A DNA stretch of 64,000 nucleotides. Source: Octopus sinensis (taxonomy: Eukaryota). Shown one piece after another: positions 1 through 14,830 of this stretch (its first letter is position 1; every line of letters starts with the position of its first letter). The DNA is taken from the NCBI RefSeq assembly GCF_006345805.1, contig NC_043005.1, forward strand, positions 81,530,001-81,594,000, read 5' to 3'. Position numbers and translations under genes: made by a program. The notes under the pieces are model-generated. The model saw only the letters and a list, made by a program, of their open reading frames with translations, was not told where the DNA came from and did no database searches.

Positions 1-1815
1 GTAACTTAGTGGTTCGGCAAAATAGTCCGATGGAATAAGTACTAGGCTTATAAACAACAAGTCTTGAGGTTGATTTGTTCGAGTAAGAGAGATGCTCCAG
101 CATGGCCGCAGTCAAATGACTAATACAAGTAAAAGTATAAAAGAATAAAAGAAAATATATATAGGTTATGGGAGATAATGGTGTCATTGAGACCCAAAGT
201 TGTCAGGTAATGCTGAATAACTGCTATAGAAGGACCGTAGTTAAGTTCCAGGTTCGGTGATTATGCGAATAAGGGGTTCAACGCTGGTCATATGTCAGCG
301 TGTGTATATAAGAATTCTATATATACATATGTATTTATATGTATGTATGTAAGTATGTATGTATGTGTGTGTATATATGTATTTATATGCCTGTCTGTGT
401 TTTCGTGTCTGCGTTTCTCCACTGATACCACATGACAAACGGCGTTAGTTTGTTTACGTCTTCGTATCATAGCGGCTCATCAAAAGACAGCAGTAGAGTA
501 AATACCAAACTTTAAAAAATAGTACCGCAGGCGATTTTTCGAACAAAAGTCTTCAAAGCGGTGCCCCAGCATGGCTGCAGTCTAATGACGGAAATTAGTA
601 ATAGATAAGAAGGATCGTAAAGTATTGGATGACTAAGATGATGCTGCTAAAACTGAGGGAGATGGTTAGAGGATTAATGGTAGATCAGTTGGTCTATTCT
701 AGAGGTTAGTAATGTTGTAGTTAAATGAAGGATGGTTAACACTGAGTTGTTTATATCAGGTGTGTGCTGAGCCTGGAATGGCTCTTAATGAGGAATTGGA
801 TATTTTATCGTATTCACGTAGGTAATCACTTCATTGATGATTATAATGAGCGTGATGGTGGTGATGAAGATAGAGGCGCTTCCAACGATGATGATGATGA
901 TGATGACGATGATCATGATGACAATGATGATGACGGTGATGATAAGAGCCGATGACAACGACGACGAGTATGATAATGATGAGGAGGAGGGAGAGGGGAG
1001 GGGAGGCGGAGGGGATGGGAGGCTTAGGAGAGAAGGAAGGGGAGGAGGCGATAGGGAAGAGGAGGAGAGGAGATAAGGAAGAGGATGAGGAGGAGGTAAG
1101 GAAGTGTCTGAGGAGGAGATAAGGAAGTGGATGAGGAGGAGAGGAGGAAAGGAGGAACAGGAGGAGAGGGGACGAAACAGGAGGAGTTCACGACGACGAC
1201 GATGCTGCTGTTGCTGCTCATGATGATGTTAATGGTGATGGCGATGATGGCATTCACGATGTTGACAATGACGACGACGACGACGAAGGCGATTATGATG
1301 ACGTCTATAACGATAATATAATTAGCTCTCGTGATAAGAAGGATAATGATTACGGTTCCCAAATGAAGCGATTAATAAACAAGATAAAATAAACTAATTC
1401 TTTTCTTTTTGCTCTTTGAATAAGAACAGCAATCAACACCGAGCCCCACCCACTAAACGCAATCCTACCTCACAAAGACGAAAGGCAGTCATCAGTTTCA
1501 TTTCCGGAATATTCTTGTCACCATAACTACCAACACCGCCAGATGCGTCAACGTGCACGCTTGATATGCTAGAGATAACAGTCAACTCTCCTTCAGGACA
1601 TACTTAAAGGACATTAGATATTGCGGTTCGAGGTAATTCCTTCTGTTTATGTTCTTTTAATAACAGAAAAGAACATGGGAAAACTATGGTTGGAATATCT
1701 TTTAACATGAGCTTACTCAGTCAACACCGAACTGGTGCTAAACAACATAACGACAACGATGAGGATAAATATGATGATGATGAAGATGATGTGGAGGAGG
1801 AAGATGATGATGATT

Positions 1816-1822
1816 ATTATTA

Positions 1823-1864
<42 letters not shown>

Positions 1865-1982
1865 TACTATTATTATTACTATTATTATTATTATTACTAT
1901 TATTATTACTACTATTATTACTACTATTACTATTATTATTACTACTATTATTACTACTATTATTATTATTATTATTATTATT
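1816..1982. repeat. (ATT/ACT)n microsatellite, one of many simple repeats in the window
   Basis: Directly visible. Others include (TA)n at about 12945-13018 and 16533-16611, (GT)n at about 42043-42126 and (GAA)n at about 15401-15510. Confidence 0.95.
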
Positions 1983-2259
1983 TTGACGACCACGACGACC
2001 ACGAAGACGATGAGGAGATGACAACGATAATGATGAAGATCTCAAGCTCCATTTTTTTATTACAAGTACTGCATTCAACATTATTCAATTTCTTCCAAAA
2101 GCGACGGCCATTATAAACACCATAATATTTAACTCCACTAACTACTAGGACCATTATTATCACCATCAAAACCATTAATATGGTTTTAGCTACTTTCACC
2201 ATTCCATCACAACCAACACTATGAGAACCATTATAAATATTGGGAATATTATCTCTTAA

Positions 2260-3040
2260 TCGGCGGCGAGCTGGCAGAAACTTTAACACGCTGGCCGAAA
2301 TGCTCAGAAGTACTTCGTCTGTCTTTACGTTCTGAGTTCAAATTCCGCAGTAGTCGACTTTGCTTTCATCCTTTCGAGGTCGATAAATTAAATACCAGTT
2401 GCATACTGGGGTCGATACTGTCCTACTCCCCCAAAGTTTCGGGCCTCGTGCCTAAAGTAGAAAAGAATGTTATCGCTTAATCCACCAACAAAAATGGTGC
2501 TATCACCAATATATTTATCATCATTCTTTTTCTCTTTTAGGCACAAGGTCCGAAATTAGATCGACATCACTACGCAACTGGTACGTAATTCATCGAAACC
2601 GAGAGGATGAAAAGCAAAGTCGACTTCGGCGGAAGTTGAACTCAGAACATTAAGATAGAAGTATAATATTCATTATTATTACTCGTTATTAGGCGGTGAG
2701 CTGGCGGAGTTGCTAATACAACGAACAACAGTTCGACCTTGCGTTTCATCCTTTGGAGATCGATAAATTAAGTACCAGTTGAACACTGGGTAGATTTCAT
2801 TGTCTTAAGTCCTATTGGCCTTGTGCGGAAAACTGAAACCAATATTATTCATCGATAAGGCGGCAAACCGGTTGAATGACTGGCACGTCAGGCACAATGC
2901 TTAGCAGTAATTCGTCCGTCTAAACGTCTATACATTCTGAGTTCAAATGCCGCCGTGGTCGACTTTGCCGTTCACTCTCTAGAGATCGATAGAATTAGTA
3001 CCACTTGAATAATAGGTTCGAAGTAATTTGAAACTAACAT
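2260..3040. mobile_element. Cluster of degenerate family A SINEs in both orientations
   Basis: Repeated ggcggcgagctggc heads, gagttcaaat B boxes and gtcgactttgc cores. Confidence 0.7.
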
Positions 3041-3483
3041 TAACTTAATTATCAGTTTGTATGTTAGTCACATTGTATAGTAATTACAAGATGACATTCT
3101 AATCTTTCGTGTATTTTCTAACGGTCCTTGTATTTTAAGAGAAGAAAAAATATTTTCGTGTCTGACGACCCAGGTACAAAGACTAATGCTTTTATGGCTG
3201 TTCCTTCCTTAATTTCTGCCATCTTCTGCCCCTCCTTCAATTGAATCCCCCATCTCTTTTATTTCTCTTCCTTCTCTACTTTTCATATTTTTTCTCTTTA
3301 CCACTCATTGATACTGATATCGATGTAATCGATTTCTCCCTGAAAAAAAATTGCTGGAATTTTGCCAAATATTGAAATCCTTTTCACTACTCATTTTCCT
3401 TTTATATGCGTTAATCAGAGAGCATGATGTTTGTAGAAAAGGGAAGTAACTTTCAGTTTGTCAGACTAGAGACCTTCTGTGTA

Positions 3484-3595
3484 CGCTTGCACGGGAGACA
3501 GCTTCGCTAAAAGCAGCGACGTCTCCGAAACGTAGCGGTTCGGCCATCACACTAACCACTGATTGTCTAACACCTAAGACGCGAAACAACTCAGG
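3484..3595 (+). ncRNA. Two tandem decayed hammerhead-like motifs
   Basis: First: CGC-TTGCACG-GGAGAC(21 nt)GTCTCC-GAAAC-GTA-GCG (3484-3537), with a perfect 6-bp stem II and a 7-nt decayed core. Second: CTGATT-GTCT(aacaccta)AGAC-gc-GAAAC-AACTC-AGG (3559-3595). Confidence 0.45.
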
Positions 3596-4350
3596 AACCT
3601 TGGTCTCTGAGTATCACGTAGGTTAGAGATGGAAAAGATGACCTCCCTTGCTCATACTTTACGGACACAAACTATGTGTTGGTGGCCAGCTGGAAAAGAT
3701 GTTTTCCTGTGTACTAACTGCCATATTCTGTCGGTAAATAAACTTTACTGATCGGTAATGTTACTAAATATCTCTCGCTCAGAGATTTAAAAGACAAGAA
3801 GAGGGGGAGAGGAGAAGGGGAGGAGATAGAGAAGGGGAGGAGGAGGAAAAGAGGATAGAAGAAGGAGCGGGTGGATGTTCATGACGACGACGACGATGCG
3901 TCTCCTGCTGATAAGGAGGATAATGGCTAAACCAGGCTTGAGAAAACGAAATCGTACTGGGCTTACCTCTATCGACTAAAATTCTACATGGCGGTGCCCC
4001 AGCGTGGCCGTAGTCTAATGCTTGAAAATTAGAAAACATAAACGATGAGAGAAGCCACCGAGTCATCATCATGATCATCATGCTCATTATCATAGTCGTC
4101 TTTGTCGTCATCGTCATCATTATCAGTAGCAACAGTGACGGCCACGACGACGGCAACCACTGCAACTACAAAAAGGCTGTAGTAGCACACGCTACAACAA
4201 CAACAAAATCAGTAACATCATCAACAACAAGAGTAATGTCAGCAACTTAACTATAAAGACGTCAAAACAACATGATTGGCTTCGTCACACCTACATAAAT
4301 TGATGGTTGCAGCAGGTATCATTAGCAATCAGAAAATGTTCTTGCACACA

Positions 4351-4388
<38 letters not shown>

Positions 4389-4675
4389 ATAAAACTATAT
4401 TTGCACACTTGCATATATATATATATATACATATATATTTTATATATATAAAACTATATATAAATATATGCATATATGTAAACGTATGTATGTGTGTGTG
4501 TATGTATATATATATATATTATATATATTATATATATAATATATATATATATATAATGTATATACATATATATATATTAATATATATATACATATGTATA
4601 TTCATATGTATACATATATATGCATACATATACATAAAATACATTCAAACGCATATATACATATATATATAGACA

Positions 4676-4699
<24 letters not shown>

Positions 4700-4720
<21 letters not shown>

Positions 4721-5171
4721 GCACATATATACATACATACGTACGTTACATACATATATATATACATACATACATTACATACATATATATATACATACAT
4801 ACATTACATACATATATATATATATACATACATTACATACATTACATACATATATATATACATACATACATACATTACATACATACATTACATACATACA
4901 TTACATACATATATATATATACATACATACATTACATACATACATTATATATATACATACATATATAATATACATACATACATTACATACATATATATAT
5001 ATACATACATACATTACATACATTACATACATATATATATACATACATACATACATTACATACATACATTACATACATACATTACATACATATATATATA
5101 TACATACATACATTACATACATACATATATATATATACATACATATATACATACATACATTACATACATAC

Positions 5172-5180
<9 letters not shown>
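4700..5180. repeat. Compound (CATA)/(CATTA)/(TA) minisatellite
   Basis: Recurring tacatacatacattacatacatatatata blocks. Confidence 0.9.
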
Positions 5181-5239
<59 letters not shown>

Positions 5240-6354
5240 TGTGTGCATGCTACATTTACTTTAGTATGAGAAATTCGTTTTCATCGTTGACGTCATCAAA
5301 ATTATCGGATTCGCCACCTTTTTTGTCGCTATATTCTTCTTACTCGTCGACCTCCTCCTACCTCCTGCTTCTTATCACCACCATCATCATCATCATCATC
5401 ACTATCATCGCCATCATCATCGTATAGTTTCATATTATAAATTCTTGGGCCGCGACAGTGATGGCGGGGGTTGGGTTATTTTATTACCACTTTCACTGAT
5501 ATACTTACCTTAATCCGTATTATTGCATTTAATCACAATTAACCTTATTATGTTCCTTATACATAGTATTGTTGCCAGTTTCAATTTTGATATCACAACG
5601 TTAAGTTTAGTTATGACGATGATGATGATACGGAGGAGTAGGAGATGATGAGGATGTCGGTGCTTGTGCTCGTAATAGTTGTGGTAGTGAAGGTGATGTT
5701 TGTGAGGATGGAGATGATGATGAGGAGGCGGATGATGATGTCGATAATGACGATGATGATGATGACGATGATGACGACAATGATGATGACAACGGCAATG
5801 ACGACAACAATGGTGATGATGATGATGATGACGGCAACGATGCTGTTGATGATGACGATAATGACGACGACGGCGATGACCTGGGCGACGACAATGACCA
5901 TCACCATGATGGTGACGATGATAATGATGATAATGAAGATGATTGCAAAGGTACTCATATATATCATCACCATCATTATCGCAGCCGCCACCCACACCAT
6001 CAGCAGGAGCACGTTTACCATAAACATAATCACGTTCGCATGATCATTAATTGTCACGTCCGCATGATCCGTCACGTCCGCATGATCATTAATTGTCAGC
6101 ATCCTCATCATGATCATTACGCCCTTAGTCATCAGCAGAAATTGGCGTATCGGGTTTACGTCATTGAGGATTACGACAGCAAATGTTGAAGAACCATTCT
6201 ATTTATCTGTCAAATGCAGCCGGCCTTCTTCGAGTTGATAAACATAAGCATTTAAAGAGCTTAAAGCCATTAAATGTAATGATGCATTATCTGATATTGA
6301 CAACTTGTTTTCCTTTCATCTTTTTAAACGTAAGTTATCGCTGTGATTAAAATA

Positions 6355-7190
6355 TGTTAATATTCCTCACAAATAAAGCGGCGAACTGGCAGAATCGTTA
6401 CTATGCCTGACAAAATATTTAGCGTCATTTCGTTCGGCTTCTAGTCCACCCAGCTGGCAAAAATGAGTTCTACCTTTATCTCAAAGGACCAGCCTTTTCA
6501 TATTCTGTGTCTCCCTGAGAATTATGTTAAAAGTACACAGATCAACCTTAATAGTAACTCGTGGGTGTTGTCCTGCTGTTATTCAAATACTTTTCTCAGG
6601 TTCATTTTGCCTTTCATCTTCTCGGGTCGATAAAATAAGTATAAGTTGTGTGCTGGTGTCGATGTAATCGACTTATCTCCTCCCCCGATATTGCTGGCCT
6701 TGTACCAACATTTGAAACCAATATTACTCACAAATAAAGCGATAAGCTGGCAGAATCGTTAAGAACCCCGGGCGAAATGCTTAGCTACATTTCGCCCACC
6801 TTTACGCTCTGAGTTCAAATTCCACCGAGGTCAACTTTGTCTTTCTTTTTTCTGAGTCGATAAAATAAGTACCAATCGAGTAATAGGGTCGATGTAATCG
6901 GCTTACCCCTCCCCATAACATGCTGGCCCTGTGCCAAAATTTGAAACCAATATTACTCACAAATTAAGGAGGTGAGGTGACAGAAGCTTTAGCTCGCCAA
7001 GCAAAATTCTTAGCGATTTTTTATCCATCTTTACGTTCAGAGTTCAAATTCTGCTCAGCTCGACTTTACCTTCATCCTTTCGTGGTCGATGAAATAATAC
7101 CAGTTGAACACTGGGCTTGGTGTAATTGACTTAGCCCCTCATCTGAAATGGCTGGCCTTATGCAAATTTAAAATATGTATTACTCATAAA
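6355..7190 (+). mobile_element. Head-to-tail array of older family A SINEs
   Basis: Three heads, each preceded by a near-identical linker aatattactcacaaat(a/t)aag, with a fourth linker-like copy at the end. Confidence 0.7.
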
Positions 7191-10010
7191 TTAGAATGTC
7201 TTTGTGCATTATGAATGATACATTTTAAGAAATAAATTATTACGTTACTCTCTTCTTATATGTCTCATCAACAGGTTGTTACTAATTACATGGCATGGTG
7301 CAATGATACAGTATTTCTACATAAAAGCATATTCTACTGCTGCATACGGTACTATGATATAAGGAATGATAGCTGGAACTGAATAGGAATGCAACAAGCC
7401 CCAAAACATGGGAGGACGGGAAACCCATTTGAATCAGTGCAAGTTCATGCGGTGGTCTTTTTTTTTTTTTTGCAAACAATAAACTTACGCAGATATTTTG
7501 AGTTCAATCCCCACTGAAGGAAGTATTTGAATAACAGCAGGAAAACACCCACGAGCTACTATTAAGGTTGATCTGTGTACCCTTAACATAATTCTCAGGG
7601 AGATAGAGAATATGACAAGGCCGGTCCTTTGAAACACAGGTAGAACTCATTTTTTTCCAGCTGGGTGGACTAGAACAACGTGAAATAAAGCGTATTATTC
7701 AAGGACACAACGCATCACTGAGAATTGAACTCACCCCCTTCCGACCTTGATTGATAATGAGATAAATAAATGCAAACGAAAACACTAAACACTAAGCAAT
7801 ACCCTTTCACGGGATAGTGATAGTTCGGCGCATATCAGAAATGATGGATCTGTAGCTCATACGTAGTGCTTTGGCCTCCTAATATAAATCTGGTATGTTC
7901 GATCGAGGTTAATTTGCAACTATTCCTAAATCATAAGATATGCTAAATGAGGTAAGAGTAAATATAAGTATGATCGGGCGAAAATATATCCGTTGATTAC
8001 AAGCTTGTACAAAACATGTGTAATGAAAATCGTATCGTGCAAGTTTAGGACGAAATCGAGCATCATCTATAATACCTATGATCAAAGTAATTCCAGTGAT
8101 AACCATCGGCTATTTTAGAATATGTCGATTTAAAATATGTAATAAGCTTGTTAAACAAGGTGTCATAGATGCAGATATGCTGTTAATCCTTGTGGGTTGT
8201 ACAGAGATGCAGAGTTCTCACCGTTTGATCGTTTTAATTAGGTTAAAAAAACTATGGCATCAGTATTAGCTAGGATATCAGTATGTAATTTGGTTAATAT
8301 CAACCACCACAAAAGAAATATATGAATACATAAAGCCGGTATATTCGATATATACAGAGTTGATTGGTATTAGGAATGAATGTTCGTCAATTATTATTCT
8401 TTTTTTTTTATATATATTTGTTCTCTTCCTTTGAAGAATTTATATATTCATATATGTTCGCTAATTTCCCAGAGTTTATATCAGAATTTTGTTACAACAA
8501 GTAAAGAAAGAAAAACAGCAAAGATCTTAAATAGAGAAAGAAGGAAGTAATAGAAGCGTAACTCTCTTGTCAATACAAGAAAATCTAATCAACATAGAAA
8601 ATGTAATAAAATGTATTGTAGATTTATTTCTAAAAATCCTAGCCTCGAGTAAATACTTATCTAAAAAGTGTAGATAAATTGTTTGAAACTTCACACTAAT
8701 TAGACCAAACATTTAATATATACTTTACATATATATTTCTTTATTTTTCATAGATATTGTTGACTGAAAGCGTTTGAGTGCCAATGTGAAATGGAAAATA
8801 CTTCACACAAATTAAATTTACATAAAGAAAATTACCTCTAACTCGCATTCTCTCCTTCAATTTCTCTCTAACACTCACTCCTGTATATTTTATAAATACA
8901 TTCATTACATAGATGTCTATGTATATATATATACGCACATATCTTAATGTGTAAGCTTGTGTATTTATGAAGGTATCTATGTGTCTGGGCAAACGTCAAT
9001 AGAAATAGCGATAAACATACTAATAAATAAAGGTAGGTAAATACACAGAGACACATTTTTCTAAATATTTATATATAGAAATATACATACACTTCATCAA
9101 ATAAACACACGTACATAAGTACACAACCACGTTCGCAGACACCTTGCAAGATATGTTTATATATCTACAAATGAATGTGTGAGTGTGTGTGTGCATTTGT
9201 GTGGTTGTATCAAAACACACACACACACATATAACTACATGTACACATATCACATACACACTAATATGAGTGCGTGTTGCAATTTGAGATTACGCAAATA
9301 TAAATCCATTTGTTTAGAACTTCTCGTTGCGTTTAAGAGACTAAGAGTAGAAAACTTCATCGTGAATGGAACCCCTGTCAATTGAAGGCTTAACATCTCA
9401 CACAACACTCAACGGTGATCGTTCTTACCTCAGTGGACTGAAGTAACGTCAAGTGGAGTGCTTTGATTAATGATACAATTGATAATCTATTAATAGGCAC
9501 TTATTAGTTCAGCTTTATCAGAGAATCGAACAAAATGACCCCTTTTGATGGTAATCGTAATCCTGAAACCAGCAACTCACTTGTTCCACAAAACCATACA
9601 CACACATACTCGCACACACGACTACACAGATACATGTGTATATACATGTATACATACATGCATGCATTTGCACATACATACGTACATGCATACATTCACA
9701 CATACACAGAAATACATATATGAAGATAGATAGATAGATAGATAGTAAGGGAGAGAGATTAGGGCTGTCTATATATATATACATACATATATATATATAT
9801 GTGTGTATAATATAATATAATATAATATAACATAATATAATATAAAGTTATAAATAACGAGAGAAATTAGTTTGATGAAATTTATTTAATCATTGGAAAT
9901 TCTCATATCACAACAATTGTTTCCCGACTTAAAACATGCAAAGATAAGTTACTTAATTATATTTTATAAGCAGTAAAATGCTTACATGTATGTATTTCTT
10001 TTATCATTTT

Positions 10011-10406
10011 ATTCTTTTACTTGTTTCAGTCATTTGACTGCGGCCATGCTGGAGCACCGCCTTTTGTCGAGCAAATCGACCCCAGGACTTATTCTTTGTA
10101 AGCCTAGTACTTATTCTATCGGTCTCTTTAGCCGAACCGCTAAGAGACGGGGACGTAAACACACCACCATCGGTTGTCAAACGATGTTAGGGGACAAACA
10201 CAGACACACAAACTTATACACACACTTACATATACATACATATATACGACGGGCTTCTTTCAGTTTCTGTCCACCAAATCTACTCACAAGGCTTTGGTCG
10301 GCCCGAGGCTATAGTAGAAGACACTTGCCCAAGGCGCCACGCAGCGGGACCGAACCCAGAACCATGTGGTTGGTAAGCAAGCTACTTACCACACAACCAC
10401 TCCTAC
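10011..10406 (-). mobile_element. SINE family B, full length
   Basis: Head gtggttgtgtggtaagtagcttgcttacc...gggttcggtccc, internal (TG/TA) tract and 3' gcatggccgcagtcaaatgactgaaacaagtaaaag. Confidence 0.85.
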
Positions 10407-11595
10407 ACCCATCTGTTGATCTTTAGAATGATATTGTAGGGTAGACACAAGGGGCTAGATCTGGCCAGGTTGAATATAAAATATAAAATATGCATATAAG
10501 CAATCTTTAAATTAATGTAGATATTAAGCTAGATCCTCGTGTGTGTGGGAAAAATCTATGTTAGACCGTAATCACTGGACATAACGCTTTTACTCCTTAT
10601 GCTTTTCTCTGGTATCGTTGTATATATTCAATGTTTTGTACAATGCTACATTAAGGAGCTTATTTTTTTTATAAGCACCTCTGAATTAGGTGAATCCATA
10701 AATTCTGACTTAAATACATACATTGTCTGTCTGTCTGTCTGTCTGTTAATTCCACAATTTAACAGGGAGATGATGTTGAAAAAAAGAAGTTTTGTTGGTG
10801 ACTTGTTAGGAAGTATGGGAGCTAAGTAACTTCTACTTAGAGTTTAGAGTTCCGAAAGATGATGGATTTTGATTGATTGAGAATTATATGCAAAGGATTA
10901 AAAATACTGAACAAAGACCCCTCAAAAACTTTAAAATTCTTTTCAGTCTTAATCAAAGATTTTAACTATAGAAATCGACGTCCTCAGTTACATTGTTATG
11001 AGAAAACGTATATAATGAACTCTGCTCCTTATCGCTTTCAAACTTAAAATACATAGAAATTGTGATTATAGTAAGAGATGTAGAAAAAAAGACATTTATT
11101 TTAAATGGTTGTAAAAATGTCATTTCAAATAGCTGTGTAGTTTTTATCGCTAATCAATAATATTTTACCGCAATCATATCTCTAAACCCAAAGAAAGTAC
11201 TTAATTTGTGAAATTAGGAAATGTACGTTTAATCCCAAAGCTTGCAGAAAATGTATGCAGATAAATTAAGCCAAGGAATTAAAAGTGAGAGAATCATCAA
11301 TGTTGGTTGTCACATAAATTTATATATCAATGTATCTGTGTAGATATGTATGTATCAACGTATGTTTATATCTATGTATCTATGTATACAGGCAAATGTG
11401 TGTTTTTCTATAATTCTCCGAAGCTTTGCAAGAAAGAAGTGAAGAAATCAAGGAGACCACATCTTGAAACACTAAATACATGAGTGCACACATACACTGT
11501 AAGTGTTGACAGATGGAATCATAAGATTGGGTGGTTGTCTTCTGGTATTATGGGATTAAACCGTAATTCAGCACAAAGGCGACATTGTATAAAGG

Positions 11596-12011
11596 GCGGC
11601 GATCTGGCAGAACCGTTAGCGTGCCCGGCAAAATGCTTTGCGGTATTTCGTCTGCCGCTACGTTCTGAGTTCAAATTCCGCCGAGGTCGACTTTGCCTTT
11701 CATCCTTTCGGAGTCGATTGAATAAGTACCAGTTACGCACTGGGGTCGATATAATCGACTGAATCTGTTTGGCCGTCCTCATTTGTCCTCTCTTTGCTTA
11801 GCCCCTTGTGGGTAGTAAAGAAATAGGTATTTCGTCTGCCGTTACGTTCTGAGTTCAAATTCTGCCGAGGTCGACTTAGCCTTTCATCCTTTCGAGGTCG
11901 ATTAAATAAGTACCAGTTACGCAATGGGGTCGATATAATCGACTTAATCCGTTTGGCCGTCCTTGTTTGTCCTCTCAGTGTTTAGCCCCTTGTGGGTGGT
12001 AAAGAAATAGG
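11596..12011 (+). mobile_element. SINE family A, head plus two body-tail units
   Basis: GGCGGCGA(T)CTGGCAGAA head, GAGTTCAAATTC B box and core gtcgactttgcctttcatcctttcggagtcgat. The body-tail restarts at aaataggt|atttcg (11828/11829). Confidence 0.85.
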
Positions 12012-12029
12012 TAATTATGGTCAACAGTG

Positions 12030-12255
12030 TAAGTTGTACTCTTACAAATTGATGCTAACTGTATGGGTCGTCACTGTATCACAGATAGAAGAATAAGAAT
12101 TGAACTGTCATAATCTATAATTAGCCTAGTAGAGAAATAAGTCATTGGAGATGGCAAGAGGAAGAAGACGCTAGAGTGAAGTCATAAAACCAGACATCAA
12201 AAACACCATCAAAATGATGCTTAAATGCTCCGTTGGGTTTGGGTAATTATTATTG
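12030..12255 (-). pseudogene. Highly decayed CR1/Jockey-like RT fragment
   Basis: EHLSIILMVFLMSGFMTSL*RL...*ANYRL*QFNSYSSICDT resembles the LSxIFxxxLxSGxxPxxW...xNYRPISLTSxxCK region. Confidence 0.4.
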
Positions 12256-12941
12256 TTAACTGTTCATTTCTATGAAGTGTCAGCGATAAACTATTTTTTG
12301 TTATCTCCGACTTGACTAACAAGTGTTCGGTTTCCTAGAGCAAAGATTCAACATAGATTTCTTTTAGTGTAATTTATGTAAGTACATAATTCTGCACGGG
12401 GTGCAGGTTTAACTGTTCAGATGTTGCAAATCTGTAATTAGTCTACACTGCTGTGTCAATAGCTCTGATACTGGATACAGGCTATAGCGAGCAAATCAAA
12501 ACATTTCAAATTGAGAAGAGAATAGTATAATTTCAGTTCGAAACTAGCTACCAAATATGTTTACGTGTACATGAACACATATACATACATGTGTATGTAT
12601 ATATATATATGTATATATATGAATATAGGGATGGTATTATTAAAATACCATTACAAGTGGTAAGCGAATTATTAGCCGTACAGGCAAATTAATAAAATAT
12701 ATACATACAATATTAGATATGTACTTATATACATACACACACATACACAAATACACACACATGTGTAGAGTGAAAGAGGAAGAGCGAGAGATACATACAG
12801 ATATCAGGTAAGCAATCCTATTGATATTATTTTCAAAGCAGGCACGTCGGTGACAAGTTTAATTCGGGGCAGCAATGTTTTCCTTTCTCATTTCCTCAAA
12901 ACAACAAAACCGAATTAGTTGTTACTTTGTGTCCATGTATA

Positions 12942-13020
<79 letters not shown>

Positions 13021-13505
13021 TATACCTCCTATGGAAACGTGAAGACGAGCGAATTTGTGTTGATAGCATTGAAAATTGTATTTATTATTTTATTAACACA
13101 GCAGCTGTCAAATTATAAAGTACTTTTTTTCTTGACCTCTAAAGGAAGAGCAAAACTCCTGTCTATTTTCTCAATAATTAAAACATTGTAAATGACATAG
13201 GGAAGAAATTTTGGCAAAATATCATAATAAAAGTGTTTTGGCCGACTTCAAGCCTATAACCCATAAGGTCATAAGTAAGTTAGCTGCAAAGCCAACGTGT
13301 GAAGTTTCGACTCTGATAAAACCATTGTAATGTGTCTAATTACTTTACACATTAAGTTTCCTCGATTGAATATTGTAGTATTTTAACTTGGTTTGTGTCA
13401 TTATTAATTAAGCTCACAAGTGATGTACTTTTATTTTCCCTATTACTATTTCGCGACTCTTTCATGTTGTTCTGTGTAGCGAAATTTTTCTGCAAACCCT
13501 ATAAG

Positions 13506-13555
<50 letters not shown>

Positions 13556-14399
13556 TCTGGCAGTCTGGAGTGACTGCTTCATTTTATTTTCGTAACATAC
13601 TAATCTGAGTTCAAATCTTGAATGAATTCACTTCAATAATTTAGCTTTCCTATTGCGAGACAGATGTAAATAACATAAGATTTGCTTAGATAAAATTCAC
13701 CTGGATTTTCTTTATTCATTGAGTCTTCCATCGATAAAAAGAAGGTGGAAAGAATCGGGAAAGGACCATTTCTGTGGTGCCCCAATTACACTGGTGCCCT
13801 AAACACATGCTTTATTTAACTTAAAGGTTATTACAGCGCCGTTAATAAAGCGCGTATGTGACTCACCAGCCACCAAAGATGCTCTTCGGAAAGAAAAGAA
13901 GGGAAGAAATCAAGAGTAAGAAATGCAGTTACTGCCCCTGCATTAGCGTCGACCAACGACAAAGAAGGGCAAAAATAAAGATACTTCATAAAGACTACCA
14001 TCTTAAAAATTATTATTTTTCCACGAAATAGCTCGATATAGCAGTAACGCGTCGTATATTGAGCCTCTAATTTCTATTCTGTGCATTAGGAGTTTAAGTC
14101 ACAATGTAGTCGTACATAAATCGATAAAAGGGTTTTCAATAATATATTTGTGTGTGCGCAAAGAACTATACAGTATTCCCAGAGATACTGGTCATTTGCC
14201 AAGTCTTGAGAAATCATTATTCCGTTGAAGTCTAAGACATTCATATACCACAATGCAGATTTAATCCTCCCTGAATAATAAATGATTTTTTATTTTGTTT
14301 TTACTTTTATTACGAAAAACATAAAAGCAAGATTTTTTATTGCCTTAAATTTTACTATTTTACAAACAAAAAATACTGCACATGATATGTGTGTGATAT

Positions 14400-14830
14400 T
14401 GTAAGTGAAATGCGCAGTGTTATGTGTACTTAAAATTTTACCAACGTCTAATATCTACGCCAACGTGTTTCGAGAAGTTCGAAAGCTGTCAAAGCCCTGC
14501 GTGACATTTCTGCTGTGTATTGATGCTATTACCGATAGAACAGCACAGAAATGGTCTACATGCTACAAGAGGCGAACTCCGAAATAACAGAATCTCCGTT
14601 CAGTTCAATGAGGATCGACTAGAGATGTTCATTCATGAGGATCCTCACCAGATGACCAAGGAAGTTGTCCAGCATATAAGATGTTTTTTATGACATCCTC
14701 ATCTGCCACCTTCACTCGATTGATAAGGTCCACCCACTTGGTGCATGATTGCCACACACTCTGAACGAAAGAGACAAATTTTAGCGCTGCAAACCTGTCA
14801 CCACCAGTTTGATCTCTTCTCACCAGTCTC
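14400..14830 (+). pseudogene. Mariner transposase relic, N-terminal HTH region to the WVPH motif
   Basis: Frames give DAITDRTAQKW, FNEDRLEMFIHEDPHQMTKEV and KVHPLGA*LPHTLNERDK (cf. mariner LGxWVPHxL), with stops and frameshifts. Confidence 0.75.

Noticed and set aside
8527-8664. Minus-strand DKYLL after tttttag, resembling the pLGIC M3 DKY motif
   Set aside because: The following residues (EARIFRNK) do not fit M3 and no M1-M2 exon was found upstream.
9518-9562. Possible terminal exon DYDYHQKGSFCSIL* on minus
   Set aside because: Short, weak acceptor, no homology support, and the required TM exons were not found.
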